DNA of 64,000 nucleotides from an uncultured Desulfobacter sp. (GCA_963665095.1 OY762069.1:6464001-6528000), one strand, 5' to 3'. Shown: positions 40,553 through 49,750, numbered from the stretch's first letter. The notes: generated by a model from the sequence alone, not told the origin. Numbers and translations are program-made.

Positions 40553-41878
40553 ATGGCTAAGCATGAAACTCCTTTACTGGACGAGCTGGAATCCGGCCCG
40601 TGGCCTAGCTTTGTTTCTGACCTGAAACAGCAGGCAGAAGTCAGAGCCAAAAACGAAAAAGGCGTTGAATTCCAGATTCCCCAGGATTGTGTAGACGATC
40701 TTCTTGGTGTGTTGGAACTCTCTTACAAACATGGACGTACCCACTGGAAACACGGCGGCATTGTTGGTGTATTCGGCTACGGCGGCGGCGTTATCGGTCG
40801 TTACTGCGACCAGCCCAAACTGTTCCCCGGTGTTGAACATTTTCACACCATGCGTGTAAACCAGCCCTGCGGTAAATACTACAGTACTGAATACCTCAGA
40901 CAGTTGACTGATCTGTGGGACTTCAGGGGCTCCGGAGTTACCAATATGCACGGCGCCACCGGCGATATCATCCTTCTGGGTACCACTACTCCCCAGCTGG
41001 AAGAAGTGTTCTGGACACTGACCCATGACTTCAACCAGGATCTCGGCGGCTCCGGCTCCAACCTGAGAACCCCTGCTGACTGCCTTGGCCAGTCCAGATG
41101 TGAATACTCCTGCTACGACACCAGCGCTCTGTGCCATTTCCTGACCAACGAATATCAGGATGAGCTGCATCGTCCGGCATTCCCCTACAAGTTTAAATTC
41201 AAATTTGACGGCTGCCCCAACTGCTGTGTTGCTTCCATCGCACGTTCCGATATGTCCTTCATCGGCACCTGGAAAGACGACATCCGCATTGATCAGGACG
41301 CTGTTAACAAATATGTTGAAAATGATCCCGCATATCCGGCCAACGCCGGTGCCCACAAGGGTAAAGACTGGGGCCCCTTTGACATTGAAAAAGAAGTTCT
41401 GGGACTGTGCCCCACAAAATGCATGAAGTTTGAAAACAAAACGTTGACCATTGATAATGCCAACTGCACCCGCTGCATGCACTGTATCAACGTAATGCCC
41501 CGCGCATTGAAGATTGGTAAAGAAACCGGTCTGTCCATTCTCTGCGGTGCCAAGGCGCCTATCCTTGACGGTGCCCAGATGGGTTCTCTGCTGGTTCCCT
41601 TCATCGAAGTTAATGCCGACAACGATTACGAAGAAATTACCGAAATCATTGAAAACGTTTGGGACTGGTGGATGGAAGAAGGCAAAAACCGCGAACGTCT
41701 TGGTGAGCTGATTATGCGCCAGGGATTCCAGAAACTTCTGGAAGTAACCGGCATTGAAGCAATGCCCCAGCATGTTGCCTACCCGAGAACCAATCCCTAC
41801 ATCTTCTGGAAAGAAGACGAAGTACCGGGTGGCTGGGAACGTGACGTTGAAGATTACAGAAAACATCACTTAAGATAA
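40553..41878 (+). CDS. dsrA: Dissimilatory sulfite reductase alpha subunit
   Basis: TPLLDELESGPWPSFV, THWKHGG, CLGQSRCE, KFKFDGCPNCC, CTRCMHC and PYIFW. Confidence 0.99.
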   Translation: MAKHETPLLDELESGPWPSFVSDLKQQAEVRAKNEKGVEFQIPQDCVDDLLGVLELSYKHGRTHWKHGGIVGVFGYGGGVIGRYCDQPKLFPGVEHFHTMRVNQPCGKYYSTEYLRQLTDLWDFRGSGVTNMHGATGDIILLGTTTPQLEEVFWTLTHDFNQDLGGSGSNLRTPADCLGQSRCEYSCYDTSALCHFLTNEYQDELHRPAFPYKFKFKFDGCPNCCVASIARSDMSFIGTWKDDIRIDQDAVNKYVENDPAYPANAGAHKGKDWGPFDIEKEVLGLCPTKCMKFENKTLTIDNANCTRCMHCINVMPRALKIGKETGLSILCGAKAPILDGAQMGSLLVPFIEVNADNDYEEITEIIENVWDWWMEEGKNRERLGELIMRQGFQKLLEVTGIEAMPQHVAYPRTNPYIFWKEDEVPGGWERDVEDYRKHHLR

Positions 41879-41893
41879 AAAGGGAGATATATA

Positions 41894-43042
41894 ATGGCAT
41901 TTATTTCTACCGGGTATAATCCCGCAAAACCGATGGAAAACAGAATCACCGACATCGGTCCTAAAGACTATAACGACTTTTATCCTCCTGTTATCGCAAA
42001 CAATAAAGGCAAATGGTCTCATCATGAGATCCTGGAACCCGGCGTGCTGGTTCATGTTGCCGAGTCCGGAGATGAAGTATATACCGTAAGAGTTGGCGGT
42101 TGCCGTCTGATGTCCACCACGCACATCAATGAAATTTGCGACATCGCAGATAAACATTGTGACGGGTATGTTCGTTTTACTACCCGTAACAACATTGAGT
42201 TCATGGTTGACTCCAAAGACAAAGTAGAACCGTTGAAAAACGATCTGGCTTCCAGAAAGTTCCCCGGCGGCTCCCAGAAATTCCCCATCGGCGGTACTGG
42301 TGCCGGTATCACCAACATCGTTCACACCCAGGGCTGGATTCACTGCCATACCCCGGCTACTGATGCTTCCGGTACCGTAAAGGTTACCATGGATGCCCTG
42401 TTTGACGAGTTCCAGAATATGAGACTGCCTGCTCAGCTTCGTGTTTCCATGGCATGCTGCCTGAACATGTGCGGTGCGGTTCACTGCTCTGATATCGCCA
42501 TCCTTGGTTACCACAGAAAACCGCCAATGCTTGACCATGAATACCTGGACAAGGTTTGCGAAATCCCGCTGGCCGTTGCTGCCTGCCCCACCGCAGCTAT
42601 TAAGCCTGCTAAAACCACCCTGCCTAACGGTACTGAAGTAAAATCAGTAGACGTTAAAAACGAACGCTGCATGTACTGTGGTAACTGCTACACCATGTGC
42701 CCATCCATGCCGCTGGCCGACACCGAAGGTGACGGTATCGTTCTTATGGCCGGTGGCAAGGTGTCCAACCGTATCTCCGATCCGAAATTCTCCAAGGTTG
42801 TTGTGGCCTTCCTGCCCAACGAAATGCCCCGCTGGCCGTCCATGACCGACGCCATCAAAAAGATTGTTAACGCCTACTCAAACGGCGCCAATAAATACGA
42901 GCGTCTGGGCGACTGGGCAGAGAGAATCGGATGGGAAAAATTCTTTACAGCTTGTGAACTTGACTTCACCCACCACCTGATTGACGACTTCCGTCAGCAG
43001 GCCTACATGAGCTGGCGTCAGTCCACTCAGTTTAAATTCTAG
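41894..43042 (+). CDS. dsrB: Dissimilatory sulfite reductase beta subunit
   Basis: [41 protein letters not shown] and RQSTQFKF. Confidence 0.99.
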   Translation: MAFISTGYNPAKPMENRITDIGPKDYNDFYPPVIANNKGKWSHHEILEPGVLVHVAESGDEVYTVRVGGCRLMSTTHINEICDIADKHCDGYVRFTTRNNIEFMVDSKDKVEPLKNDLASRKFPGGSQKFPIGGTGAGITNIVHTQGWIHCHTPATDASGTVKVTMDALFDEFQNMRLPAQLRVSMACCLNMCGAVHCSDIAILGYHRKPPMLDHEYLDKVCEIPLAVAACPTAAIKPAKTTLPNGTEVKSVDVKNERCMYCGNCYTMCPSMPLADTEGDGIVLMAGGKVSNRISDPKFSKVVVAFLPNEMPRWPSMTDAIKKIVNAYSNGANKYERLGDWAERIGWEKFFTACELDFTHHLIDDFRQQAYMSWRQSTQFKF

Positions 43043-43082
43043 TTCTAAAAGTCAGAACTTGAGTTTAATAGCAATTTAATAT

Positions 43083-43125
43083 GGGTTGAACCGGGGCAAC
43101 ATTTTGTTCTCCGGTTCATCCCTTT
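43083..43125 (+). terminator. Strong stem-loop between dsrB and dsrD
   Basis: GGGTTGAACCGGGGCAAC-ATTTT-GTTCTCCGGTTCATCCC followed by only TTT. Confidence 0.55.
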
Positions 43126-43144
43126 CAACTGAAAGGAGTCTAAC

Positions 43145-43405
43145 ATGGCAAGCGATCTTCTTAATGATAAAGAGGCTGCCCAGAAAGCAGTTGTTGACTG
43201 GTTGACAAAAAAAGCAGGCAGCAAAACCAAATTTTACATTAAAGATTTTTATAAAATTTTCCCCGATGATAAACCCCGGGAAATTAAAAAAGTCGTTAAT
43301 AAAATGGTAGAAGAGGAAATCCTTGAATTCTGGTCATCCGGATCTACCACAATGTATGGCCTTAAGGGTGCAGGCATCCAGCATGCCTCTGAGGGTGAAG
43401 CATAG
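43145..43405 (+). CDS. dsrD: Dissimilatory sulfite reductase D protein
   Basis: KTKFYIKDF...LEFWSSGSTTMYGL signature; position after dsrB. Confidence 0.97.
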   Translation: MASDLLNDKEAAQKAVVDWLTKKAGSKTKFYIKDFYKIFPDDKPREIKKVVNKMVEEEILEFWSSGSTTMYGLKGAGIQHASEGEA

Positions 43406-43423
43406 AAAGTATTTTGCTGATTC

Positions 43424-44902
43424 ATGATCGTCAGTAGGGAAAACGTCCCTGGAGTTGTCATTGCAGGACTTAAAGGGGGGTCAGGCAAGACAATAATATC
43501 CCTTGGGATAACTGCCGCGTGGACTGCTCAAAATATAACAGTGGCCCCATTTAAAAAGGGCCCTGACTATATTGATGCCGGCTGGCTTTCAAGGGCAGCC
43601 GGCCGCCCCTGTTATAATCTGGATACCTATCTTTGCACCCAGTCTGTGGTGCGCAATTCCTATTTTACTCATACCCGGTCCCGTGACATCGCCATGGTTG
43701 AAGGCAATCGCGGTTTATATGACGGCATTGATATGGATGGGACCACCTCCACCGGTGAGCTTGCCAAACTGCTTGATCTGCCGGTTGTTCTGGTTCTGGA
43801 CTGCACAAAATCCACCCGGACCATAGCTGCTGTTCTCATGGGTTGTGTTCAGTTTGATCCGGATATCCATATCGGTGGTGTTATACTGAACCGCCTGGCC
43901 GGCAAACGGCATGAAGGAAAAGTCAGGGCTAATATTGAGCGATACTGCAACATCCCGGTACTTGGTGCCTTGCCAAAGCTTAAGCAGGAAGATTTCCCCG
44001 AACGCCATATGGGGCTCGTGCCATCACAAGAACACGGGGAAGGTGACAGATCTCTTGAACGGGCCGGCCAGGTGGCGCATGATAACATTGATCTAGATGC
44101 AATTTATCGCATGGCCTTTGCCTATAAGGGGTGTGATCGGATGTCTGATGCCGGCCAGGGAGATGAAAATTCGTCGGCTTCCGAATCCTGTTTGAGTATT
44201 GATACCAAACCTATAGCCGCAGTGTTGGATCCCGGAACAAATGATCCTGTCACTATTGGTATCGTCAGGGATTCTGCATTTCAATTTTATTACCCGGACA
44301 ATATAGAGGCATTGGAATTGCTGGGGGCAAAGATCACATACATCAGCCCGCTTTCCCAGACAACCATTCCAGATGTGGATGCCATTTATATGGGAGGCGG
44401 ATTCCCCGAGACTCACGCAGCCCAGCTTTCGTCAAACACGTCTTTTCTGAGTGCATTAAAAACATTGTCCCGGAAAGGCCTTCCCATTTATGCCGAATGC
44501 GGCGGGCTGATTTTTCTGGGTGAAAGTATCTGTCTCGACCACTGTGTTTATCCAATGACAGGTATCCTTCCAATACGGTTCGGTCTATCTTCCCGCCCCC
44601 AGGGGCACGGATACACCGAAGTTGAAGTGGTCAACGACAACCCCTTTTATGAAAAGGGAGAGATATTACGGGGGCATGAATTCAGATACTCCAAGGTGCT
44701 TTCCATTGATTTTGAGAATAGCGCCATGGCTTTTAACATGGTTCGGGGCAAAGGAATCCTTGAGAAAAAAGATGGATTTTTCAGGGACATGACTTTTGGT
44801 ACCTACACTCATATTCACGCCCTTGGGTCCCTTTCCTGGGCCCCGTCTCTCATGGCCAGGGCCAGGGCCTTTAAATCTGCCCGTGCACAGGCAGATCTTT
44901 AG
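43424..44902 (+). CDS. dsrN: Cobyrinate a,c-diamide synthase homolog (siroheme amidase)
   Basis: GGSGKT, FKKGPDYID, EGNRGLYDG, PERHMGL, YAECGG, GHEFRYS and YTHIH; follows dsrABD. Confidence 0.9.
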   Translation: MIVSRENVPGVVIAGLKGGSGKTIISLGITAAWTAQNITVAPFKKGPDYIDAGWLSRAAGRPCYNLDTYLCTQSVVRNSYFTHTRSRDIAMVEGNRGLYDGIDMDGTTSTGELAKLLDLPVVLVLDCTKSTRTIAAVLMGCVQFDPDIHIGGVILNRLAGKRHEGKVRANIERYCNIPVLGALPKLKQEDFPERHMGLVPSQEHGEGDRSLERAGQVAHDNIDLDAIYRMAFAYKGCDRMSDAGQGDENSSASESCLSIDTKPIAAVLDPGTNDPVTIGIVRDSAFQFYYPDNIEALELLGAKITYISPLSQTTIPDVDAIYMGGGFPETHAAQLSSNTSFLSALKTLSRKGLPIYAECGGLIFLGESICLDHCVYPMTGILPIRFGLSSRPQGHGYTEVEVVNDNPFYEKGEILRGHEFRYSKVLSIDFENSAMAFNMVRGKGILEKKDGFFRDMTFGTYTHIHALGSLSWAPSLMARARAFKSARAQADL

Positions 44903-45359
44903 CAATCTCCTCATAAAGAAGATCTACCCAGTGTTGTGCTTTTGATTCCGTCATCTCCATTCCATCAAGAATCGACTGCCAGTTACACTCTTTTGAAATG
45001 GGGCAGGAGGAATCTATGCCCAGTATGTGGTGGTTTATAAAGTCATAGGGAAAAAGCCTGCAAATCAACGGCCGGGTCTCTAAAGGGAGCAGGCACCCCA
45101 TGGCAGAGGCCAGGCAGCATTGTTTGTCATCCGTTCTTTTCAGTACTCTGACTCGGTTTCCCTCAGACATGATCAGGGGCAGCCAGCAGGTGTCATAATC
45201 CGGTTCAATATCTGATAAAATCGGGGGCTCGTAGGTGTAAAAATCTGAATGTTTCAGAAAGCCGGAAATACGCACGATATCTCCGGAGGTAAGGTAAATC
45301 TGGTATCCCTTACAGCAAGAGTGGCCCAGACTTGCGCAGGTCGCACAAGGCGTAACCAT
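44871..45359 (-). CDS. YkgJ/FliB-like cysteine-cluster protein
   Basis: CATCASLGHSCC, CCL...GCLL...RPLICRLFP; GGAG RBS before MVTPC. Confidence 0.85.
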   Translation of the reverse strand: MVTPCATCASLGHSCCKGYQIYLTSGDIVRISGFLKHSDFYTYEPPILSDIEPDYDTCWLPLIMSEGNRVRVLKRTDDKQCCLASAMGCLLPLETRPLICRLFPYDFINHHILGIDSSCPISKECNWQSILDGMEMTESKAQHWVDLLYEEIAKDLPVHGQI

Positions 45360-45468
45360 ATAAAACTCCAAAAACAGTTAAAAGCTGCGAACCAGTCAAC
45401 GAACCGGTTCGGTTTCTTGTCGTACAAACTGCAAAATTCAACAAAAAAAAGGTTGAAATCAACATCCC

Positions 45469-45516
45469 TCGGATCCCTGATCGGACCTCTGATCAGACCA
45501 CTAACCGGATCACTAA
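45469..45516. repeat. Degenerate 12-bp tandem repeat x4
   Basis: TCGGATCCCTGA / TCGGACCTCTGA / TCAGACCACTAA / CCGGATCACTAA. Confidence 0.75.
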
Positions 45517-45534
45517 GATCCGTTGGAAAAGGGC

Positions 45535-46806
45535 TTATCCATCTTGGGGAATTAGGAAAATGCCTTGGCTGTTCGTCTTGACGGCCACCCGGGGCAGCGG
45601 CTTGATGAACTGCTGACGAAGGCTGTAAGTGTAAGCCCCTTGGGCAGGTATCATGAGAATGTCCCCTTCTTTTATATCTGAACCCAAATAGGCGAATCCC
45701 CAGACATCGTGGGGGGTGCATAGGGCGCCCAGGATATGGCATGGTTTTTCGGTCAGGCCCGGTCGCGTGAGGTTGAGTACCGGACAATAGTCGACTTCAT
45801 ACCGTTCCCAGCCGATGGTGTTGGTACCGGCATCTGTTATCACAAGATCGTGGGCTTTCTGGTCCACCACCTGGATAAGAATGTGCATGGCATCATTACA
45901 GATCCAGCGCCCGGGTTCAAAGCAGATACGGCAACGGGCAACTGGAAAGATGGCGTCCTTGATGGCCTGGGACAGTTTTTCGGCAAAAATATCAATGGAG
46001 ACGGCCGGATCTATGGTGTACTTTCCGGACAGGTCGGACAACAGCCATTCTCCCTGGTCGGGCCAGTAACCCCCGCCAATATCAATAAATTTCAGGTCGT
46101 TTAAAAAATCAGCCGGCATGGAGGCAAGAATATTGCCTAACTGCTTGATAAAAGAGACCTGTCTATCCGGGTTCAGATTCCATGAGGAATGAAACTGAAG
46201 GCCCTGGAACTCCAGGCCATCCGTGGCCTGTATCTTTTTGTAGGCGACAAGCAGATCCTGGGCGGCGATGCCGAATTTGCGCCACAACCCGTTTGGGTTG
46301 TTGTTCAGCCGAATTCCCACCCGCATGGTACTGTTCGTTCCATCAAGTATGGATGCCAGGCGATTGAGCTCGCCCAGGCTGTCCAGAAGAATCACCACCC
46401 GTTTTGGATGGTGCAGGGCAAGTTCCAGCTCCTGATCTGTTTTTCCCGGGCCACTGAATATAATGGACCGGGCACCCAGATCCAGGGCACACTTAAGTTC
46501 CATGCCGCTGGAAACGTCCAGGCCGAATCCTTGTCTTAACAGCGTTTTTGATAAATATGGCAGATTGTTGCTTTTCATGGCGTAGAAAAAGGCCGTATCC
46601 GGCAGATACTTTCGGAAGGCAGTCATGAACCGGTCTGCCTTTTGGGCAAGGACATCTGCTTCCAGAACATACAAAGGAGAACCGTATTGTTCCGCCATGT
46701 TAAGGTAAACCTCTTTATTCTGAAAATAGGGAGTAACAAAGGCTCGGACCGATTTTTCGCTGAGTTCGGAACGGCCTTCGGGAATCTGCAGGTTTTTGGT
46801 CAGCAT
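45535..46806 (-). CDS. Fold-type III PLP-dependent decarboxylase (LysA superfamily, SbnH/BtrK-like)
   Basis: YAMKSN (PLP Lys), DVSSGME, FSGPGK, KFG, IDIGGG, EPGR, GALCTPHD and GAY. Confidence 0.85.
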   Translation of the reverse strand: MLTKNLQIPEGRSELSEKSVRAFVTPYFQNKEVYLNMAEQYGSPLYVLEADVLAQKADRFMTAFRKYLPDTAFFYAMKSNNLPYLSKTLLRQGFGLDVSSGMELKCALDLGARSIIFSGPGKTDQELELALHHPKRVVILLDSLGELNRLASILDGTNSTMRVGIRLNNNPNGLWRKFGIAAQDLLVAYKKIQATDGLEFQGLQFHSSWNLNPDRQVSFIKQLGNILASMPADFLNDLKFIDIGGGYWPDQGEWLLSDLSGKYTIDPAVSIDIFAEKLSQAIKDAIFPVARCRICFEPGRWICNDAMHILIQVVDQKAHDLVITDAGTNTIGWERYEVDYCPVLNLTRPGLTEKPCHILGALCTPHDVWGFAYLGSDIKEGDILMIPAQGAYTYSLRQQFIKPLPRVAVKTNSQGIFLIPQDG

Positions 46807-48137
46807 GCCTTGTCCAGTTCCAGTTCCATTTCAATTTCAATGCGTTTTGACAATAACAGACATTCAGTTTCAAGGTAGGTGGTCCGGTCCGGTTCGATGA
46901 TCATATGGCCCAGCAGCCAGGAATCATAATCCTTGGGCGGCAGGGTGACCATATGGCCGGGCGCGTGGATCAGATGGACCTTTTTCACCCGTTTATCACC
47001 GGTCAGAGCATCTGTGTTGATCTGTTTTAAAATCCCCTCTTTACGTGCATGAATCCGGTATGCCACCCATGGCTTGTATGGCACCATTTTTTCATGTTTC
47101 CAGGGAATGCCGGCTGCCGCATCTATGGCCATACCCAGCATATCAAAGTTGCCGGCCTCCTTGAGCAGAAACGGCAGGCAGTCACCTCCGGGCCGCGGGG
47201 TCATCTCAATGAGTACAGGGGTGTTGCCCCTTATGATGAAATCCACCATACAGATTCCTGTGCGGATACCAAGAGCCCCTGCCGCCTTTGAAAGAATTTC
47301 TGCCAGGCCGTCATGGTGGTTCGGGGCCAAATCGTTATGGTTGCCCTGGTTTGCATCTGTACAAAGGGCATACCCTGAAATGGTGCCAAAAGGGCGGTTG
47401 TCCATTTTGATCTTCCGGGTTTTACGAAGTATGACCGCTTTACCATTTTCCAGAAGGAAATCGCAGCTGTACTCAGGACCCGGTATCCACTCTTCCGCCA
47501 GCATCCGGTAGGTGCCGGCATCTGTGGCTCTGAACAGCGGGTTGGCAGATCTCTCCTCAAGGCCGGTTGCGATGGTATCAAAAGCCGTGCTGCATTCCCT
47601 TCGGGTCCGGCATTTAAATACCAACTCACTGCCCGACCCGCAAAACGGTTTAAGGACCAGACCCTGGGGGGCGGTTTCCAAAAATGCTGTCACCCCGGTA
47701 ATATCCTTTACCGGTAGCGTTCGCGGGCAGGGGATCTGGTGTTCGTGCCATAACTGTTTACAAAGATATTTGTCCCGGCAGTTTTTGACCGCGGTCAGAC
47801 TTGGGTATGGCAACCCGAAGCGGGCTGCCAGTACGGAAGCTGTTTCCATGGACTCACAGTCAAAGCAGGCAATGCCGGCAAGTTCAATGCCACAGATTTT
47901 AAGATGCGTTGTCAAAGCCGTTTGCACAGCGTCAATATCTGTGATCTGGCATAATATCTCTTCCCGGTTCCCGGGGCAGGGCTCTTTGGACTTCTTGCGT
48001 ATATCGGGATCTGTCAGAAAAAGTGCCGCTCCTGGACGAGTCTGTCGAATCCAGTCAATGTAGTCGCAGGTGGTCCCTACCACAAGCACTTTTTTGTTCG
48101 GATCGGTCATATCCCTATCAAACAGCCTTACGGTCAT
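46800..48137 (-). CDS. ATP-grasp ligase (L-amino-acid-ligase type)
   Basis: CRDKY, VLKPFCGSGS, EEWIPGPEYSCD, VDF..LIEMTPRPGGD and a C-terminal LAL-like domain; GAGGA RBS. Confidence 0.85.
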   Translation of the reverse strand: MTVRLFDRDMTDPNKKVLVVGTTCDYIDWIRQTRPGAALFLTDPDIRKKSKEPCPGNREEILCQITDIDAVQTALTTHLKICGIELAGIACFDCESMETASVLAARFGLPYPSLTAVKNCRDKYLCKQLWHEHQIPCPRTLPVKDITGVTAFLETAPQGLVLKPFCGSGSELVFKCRTRRECSTAFDTIATGLEERSANPLFRATDAGTYRMLAEEWIPGPEYSCDFLLENGKAVILRKTRKIKMDNRPFGTISGYALCTDANQGNHNDLAPNHHDGLAEILSKAAGALGIRTGICMVDFIIRGNTPVLIEMTPRPGGDCLPFLLKEAGNFDMLGMAIDAAAGIPWKHEKMVPYKPWVAYRIHARKEGILKQINTDALTGDKRVKKVHLIHAPGHMVTLPPKDYDSWLLGHMIIEPDRTTYLETECLLLSKRIEIEMELELDKAC

Positions 48138-49083
48138 AGTGTTCCTCTTGATGTGCAGCCGGAAAGGCTTTTGTGTGGATCTCATATGAGGGTCGGGGGC
48201 TCAGGCGGAACCGCTGCTTCCAGTTGAAACTGCCGCACAGAAAGTCCACAGACTCCAGCCGGTTATGACAGGCCCACTCCAGGTGGTGGAGATTAATTAC
48301 TTTGGCAATACCGGGAAAATCCGCATGTGTACCGCCGGCTACAACCATATAGGTGTTGTTGAACACCACGCCCATGTCAACTGCCGCCACTGTCCCATCC
48401 ACGATGGCGGTGGTGATCCGCAGCATGCCCATGCCCTTGAAAAATGCGGCCAGTTGTTCAAATGATCTGTAAAACCGGGCATCGCTGAAATAGGAGTCTG
48501 ATGTAAAGGCTGTCATGTTCAGGCGGAACATCTCGGTGAGATCAGGATGGTGGTTATACCGCCAGGTCAGATTCTGGGTTTCGATCTTTTTTACGTCGGC
48601 TTTCAGTTTTTTCCTGGTTTTTCCAGGGAAGGTCAGCCAGAAGTTGTCCATGGAAAAATCATAGAGACGCGGGTAGAAAAGGTATCCGGTTTCATCCAGG
48701 GCAGCCTGTTTCACTGTTTCCAGGATCCGGGATTCCCGCATATAACGCAGATGTAAAGGCCCGGGAACTGACTCACACAGGGCGTTGAATACATCGGGGT
48801 CATCTGCAATGATCCGGTTTTGTTCCAGCCAGGTTTTGCCTTTCCATGTCTCCCCGGGAAAAAATACATATTCACCGGTCTCTTCGTTAAGGCTAAGGGG
48901 CAGAAACCCCACAACTTTGCCAGCCCGTTCTGCGATGTGGAAACTTAAGGGCCGTTTAAAGGTGTTATGAAAACACTCTCTTACCGCCCAAAGATCAAAT
49001 ATGCAGTCCACAGGCCAGTATTGTTCAAATGCCTTGCGGCACAGTTCCGGATCTTCGATGGTGGTAATCTTCATTGCCGCCAC
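48118..49083 (-). CDS. GNAT-fold protein (FemAB/Acetyltransf_6-like)
   Basis: Two GNAT-like halves; VGFLPL, GKTRKKLK, HLEWACHNRLESVDFLCGSFNWKQRF; start directly follows the speD-like stop. Confidence 0.78.
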   Translation of the reverse strand: MAAMKITTIEDPELCRKAFEQYWPVDCIFDLWAVRECFHNTFKRPLSFHIAERAGKVVGFLPLSLNEETGEYVFFPGETWKGKTWLEQNRIIADDPDVFNALCESVPGPLHLRYMRESRILETVKQAALDETGYLFYPRLYDFSMDNFWLTFPGKTRKKLKADVKKIETQNLTWRYNHHPDLTEMFRLNMTAFTSDSYFSDARFYRSFEQLAAFFKGMGMLRITTAIVDGTVAAVDMGVVFNNTYMVVAGGTHADFPGIAKVINLHHLEWACHNRLESVDFLCGSFNWKQRFRLSPRPSYEIHTKAFPAAHQEEHYDRKAV

Positions 49084-49473
49084 CTAATGCCGAAGGGTTA
49101 CGTTGATGTGGCAGCTTTTTCCGCCAAAATAGTTTTGTGCAAATTCACGCACCACTTCAGGATCATATACCTTGCAGGAGAACACATCCAGGTAGGTGGT
49201 ATTGCTCTGGTTGGCAAAATGAGCGGAGATCAGGGATGTCTCAATGAGCTGAACCATTGAAAATCCGGCTACTTTCTCATCTTCGCCAAAGTGGACCACC
49301 TGGGTCTCACCAAACCGTTTCATTTCGATCAGGTCACACAGTTCCACAACAAATTTTTTGATTAATTCCGCATCCCTGATTTTTTCAGGATCACAGTCAT
49401 AAATGTCAATGGCAGAGGCAATGCCCCAAACTTCAGGTGCGGTGTCAAGTTGGATTACGTTTGCAGCGGTCAT
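49084..49473 (-). CDS. Pyruvoyl-dependent S-adenosylmethionine decarboxylase-like proenzyme (class 1b size)
   Basis: IET-S80-LISA-H85 and LDVFS-C100, the same Ser/His/Cys spacing as bacterial SpeD; AAGGAG RBS. Confidence 0.85.
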   Translation of the reverse strand: MTAANVIQLDTAPEVWGIASAIDIYDCDPEKIRDAELIKKFVVELCDLIEMKRFGETQVVHFGEDEKVAGFSMVQLIETSLISAHFANQSNTTYLDVFSCKVYDPEVVREFAQNYFGGKSCHINVTLRH

Positions 49474-49501
49474 GTAGATTCTCCTTTAAAAGCGGTGCGC
49501 C

Positions 49502-49663
49502 CTACCATTTATCTCTGGTGTCGGTGGGTCGCTTGGGTTTTTTGTTCATTTTTTTTCGGCGTTTCTGGTCTTCCTGCTGGTCCTCCCAGTCGTACTCTTC
49601 GTCATAGCTCTCTTTGAACCGTGGGCTTTTACTCTTGTTACGGCCGATTTTTTCCCTATTCAT
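49502..49663 (-). CDS. Unannotated 53-aa highly charged peptide, first gene of the sigma54 operon
   Basis: MNREKIGRNKSKSPRFKESYDEEYDWEDQQEDQKRRKKMNKKPKRPTDTRDKW*; AAAGGAAAGGA RBS; stop 28 bp before the speD-like ATG. Confidence 0.75.
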   Translation of the reverse strand: MNREKIGRNKSKSPRFKESYDEEYDWEDQQEDQKRRKKMNKKPKRPTDTRDKW

Positions 49664-49734
49664 GGGTCCTTTCCTTTTTGGTTGTTTACCAGCGGTATTG
49701 CCGGAAGGTGTGGATTCAACTCATGACCCCTCTT

Positions 49735-49750
49735 AGCAACCAGCGTGCCA
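49735..49750 (-). promoter_or_regulatory. Sigma54 (-24/-12) promoter
   Basis: Minus strand TGGCAC-GCTGG-TTGCT is a full consensus match, divergent from a bEBP gene. Confidence 0.88.

Noticed and set aside
40574..41869. 431-aa antisense ORF over dsrA (and the 222-aa one over dsrB and 375-aa one over dhaK)
   Set aside because: Antisense shadows of conserved, codon-biased genes; no protein motifs.
45254..45787. 177-aa ORF spanning the 12-bp repeats
   Set aside because: Overlaps two better-supported genes out of frame and has no recognisable features.
45535..46806. Calling this gene lysA because dapA is nearby
   Set aside because: Active-site motifs (CTPHD, HSSW) differ from LysA and the operon context is unrelated.
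49502..49663. Peptide as a LysW/AmCP carrier or a microviridin precursor
   Set aside because: DWED is internal, with no C-terminal EDWGE or Zn-binding Cys. It lacks the PFFARFL leader and TxKYPSD core, and the ATP-grasp enzyme looks amino-acid-ligase-type rather than RimK/MdnC-type.
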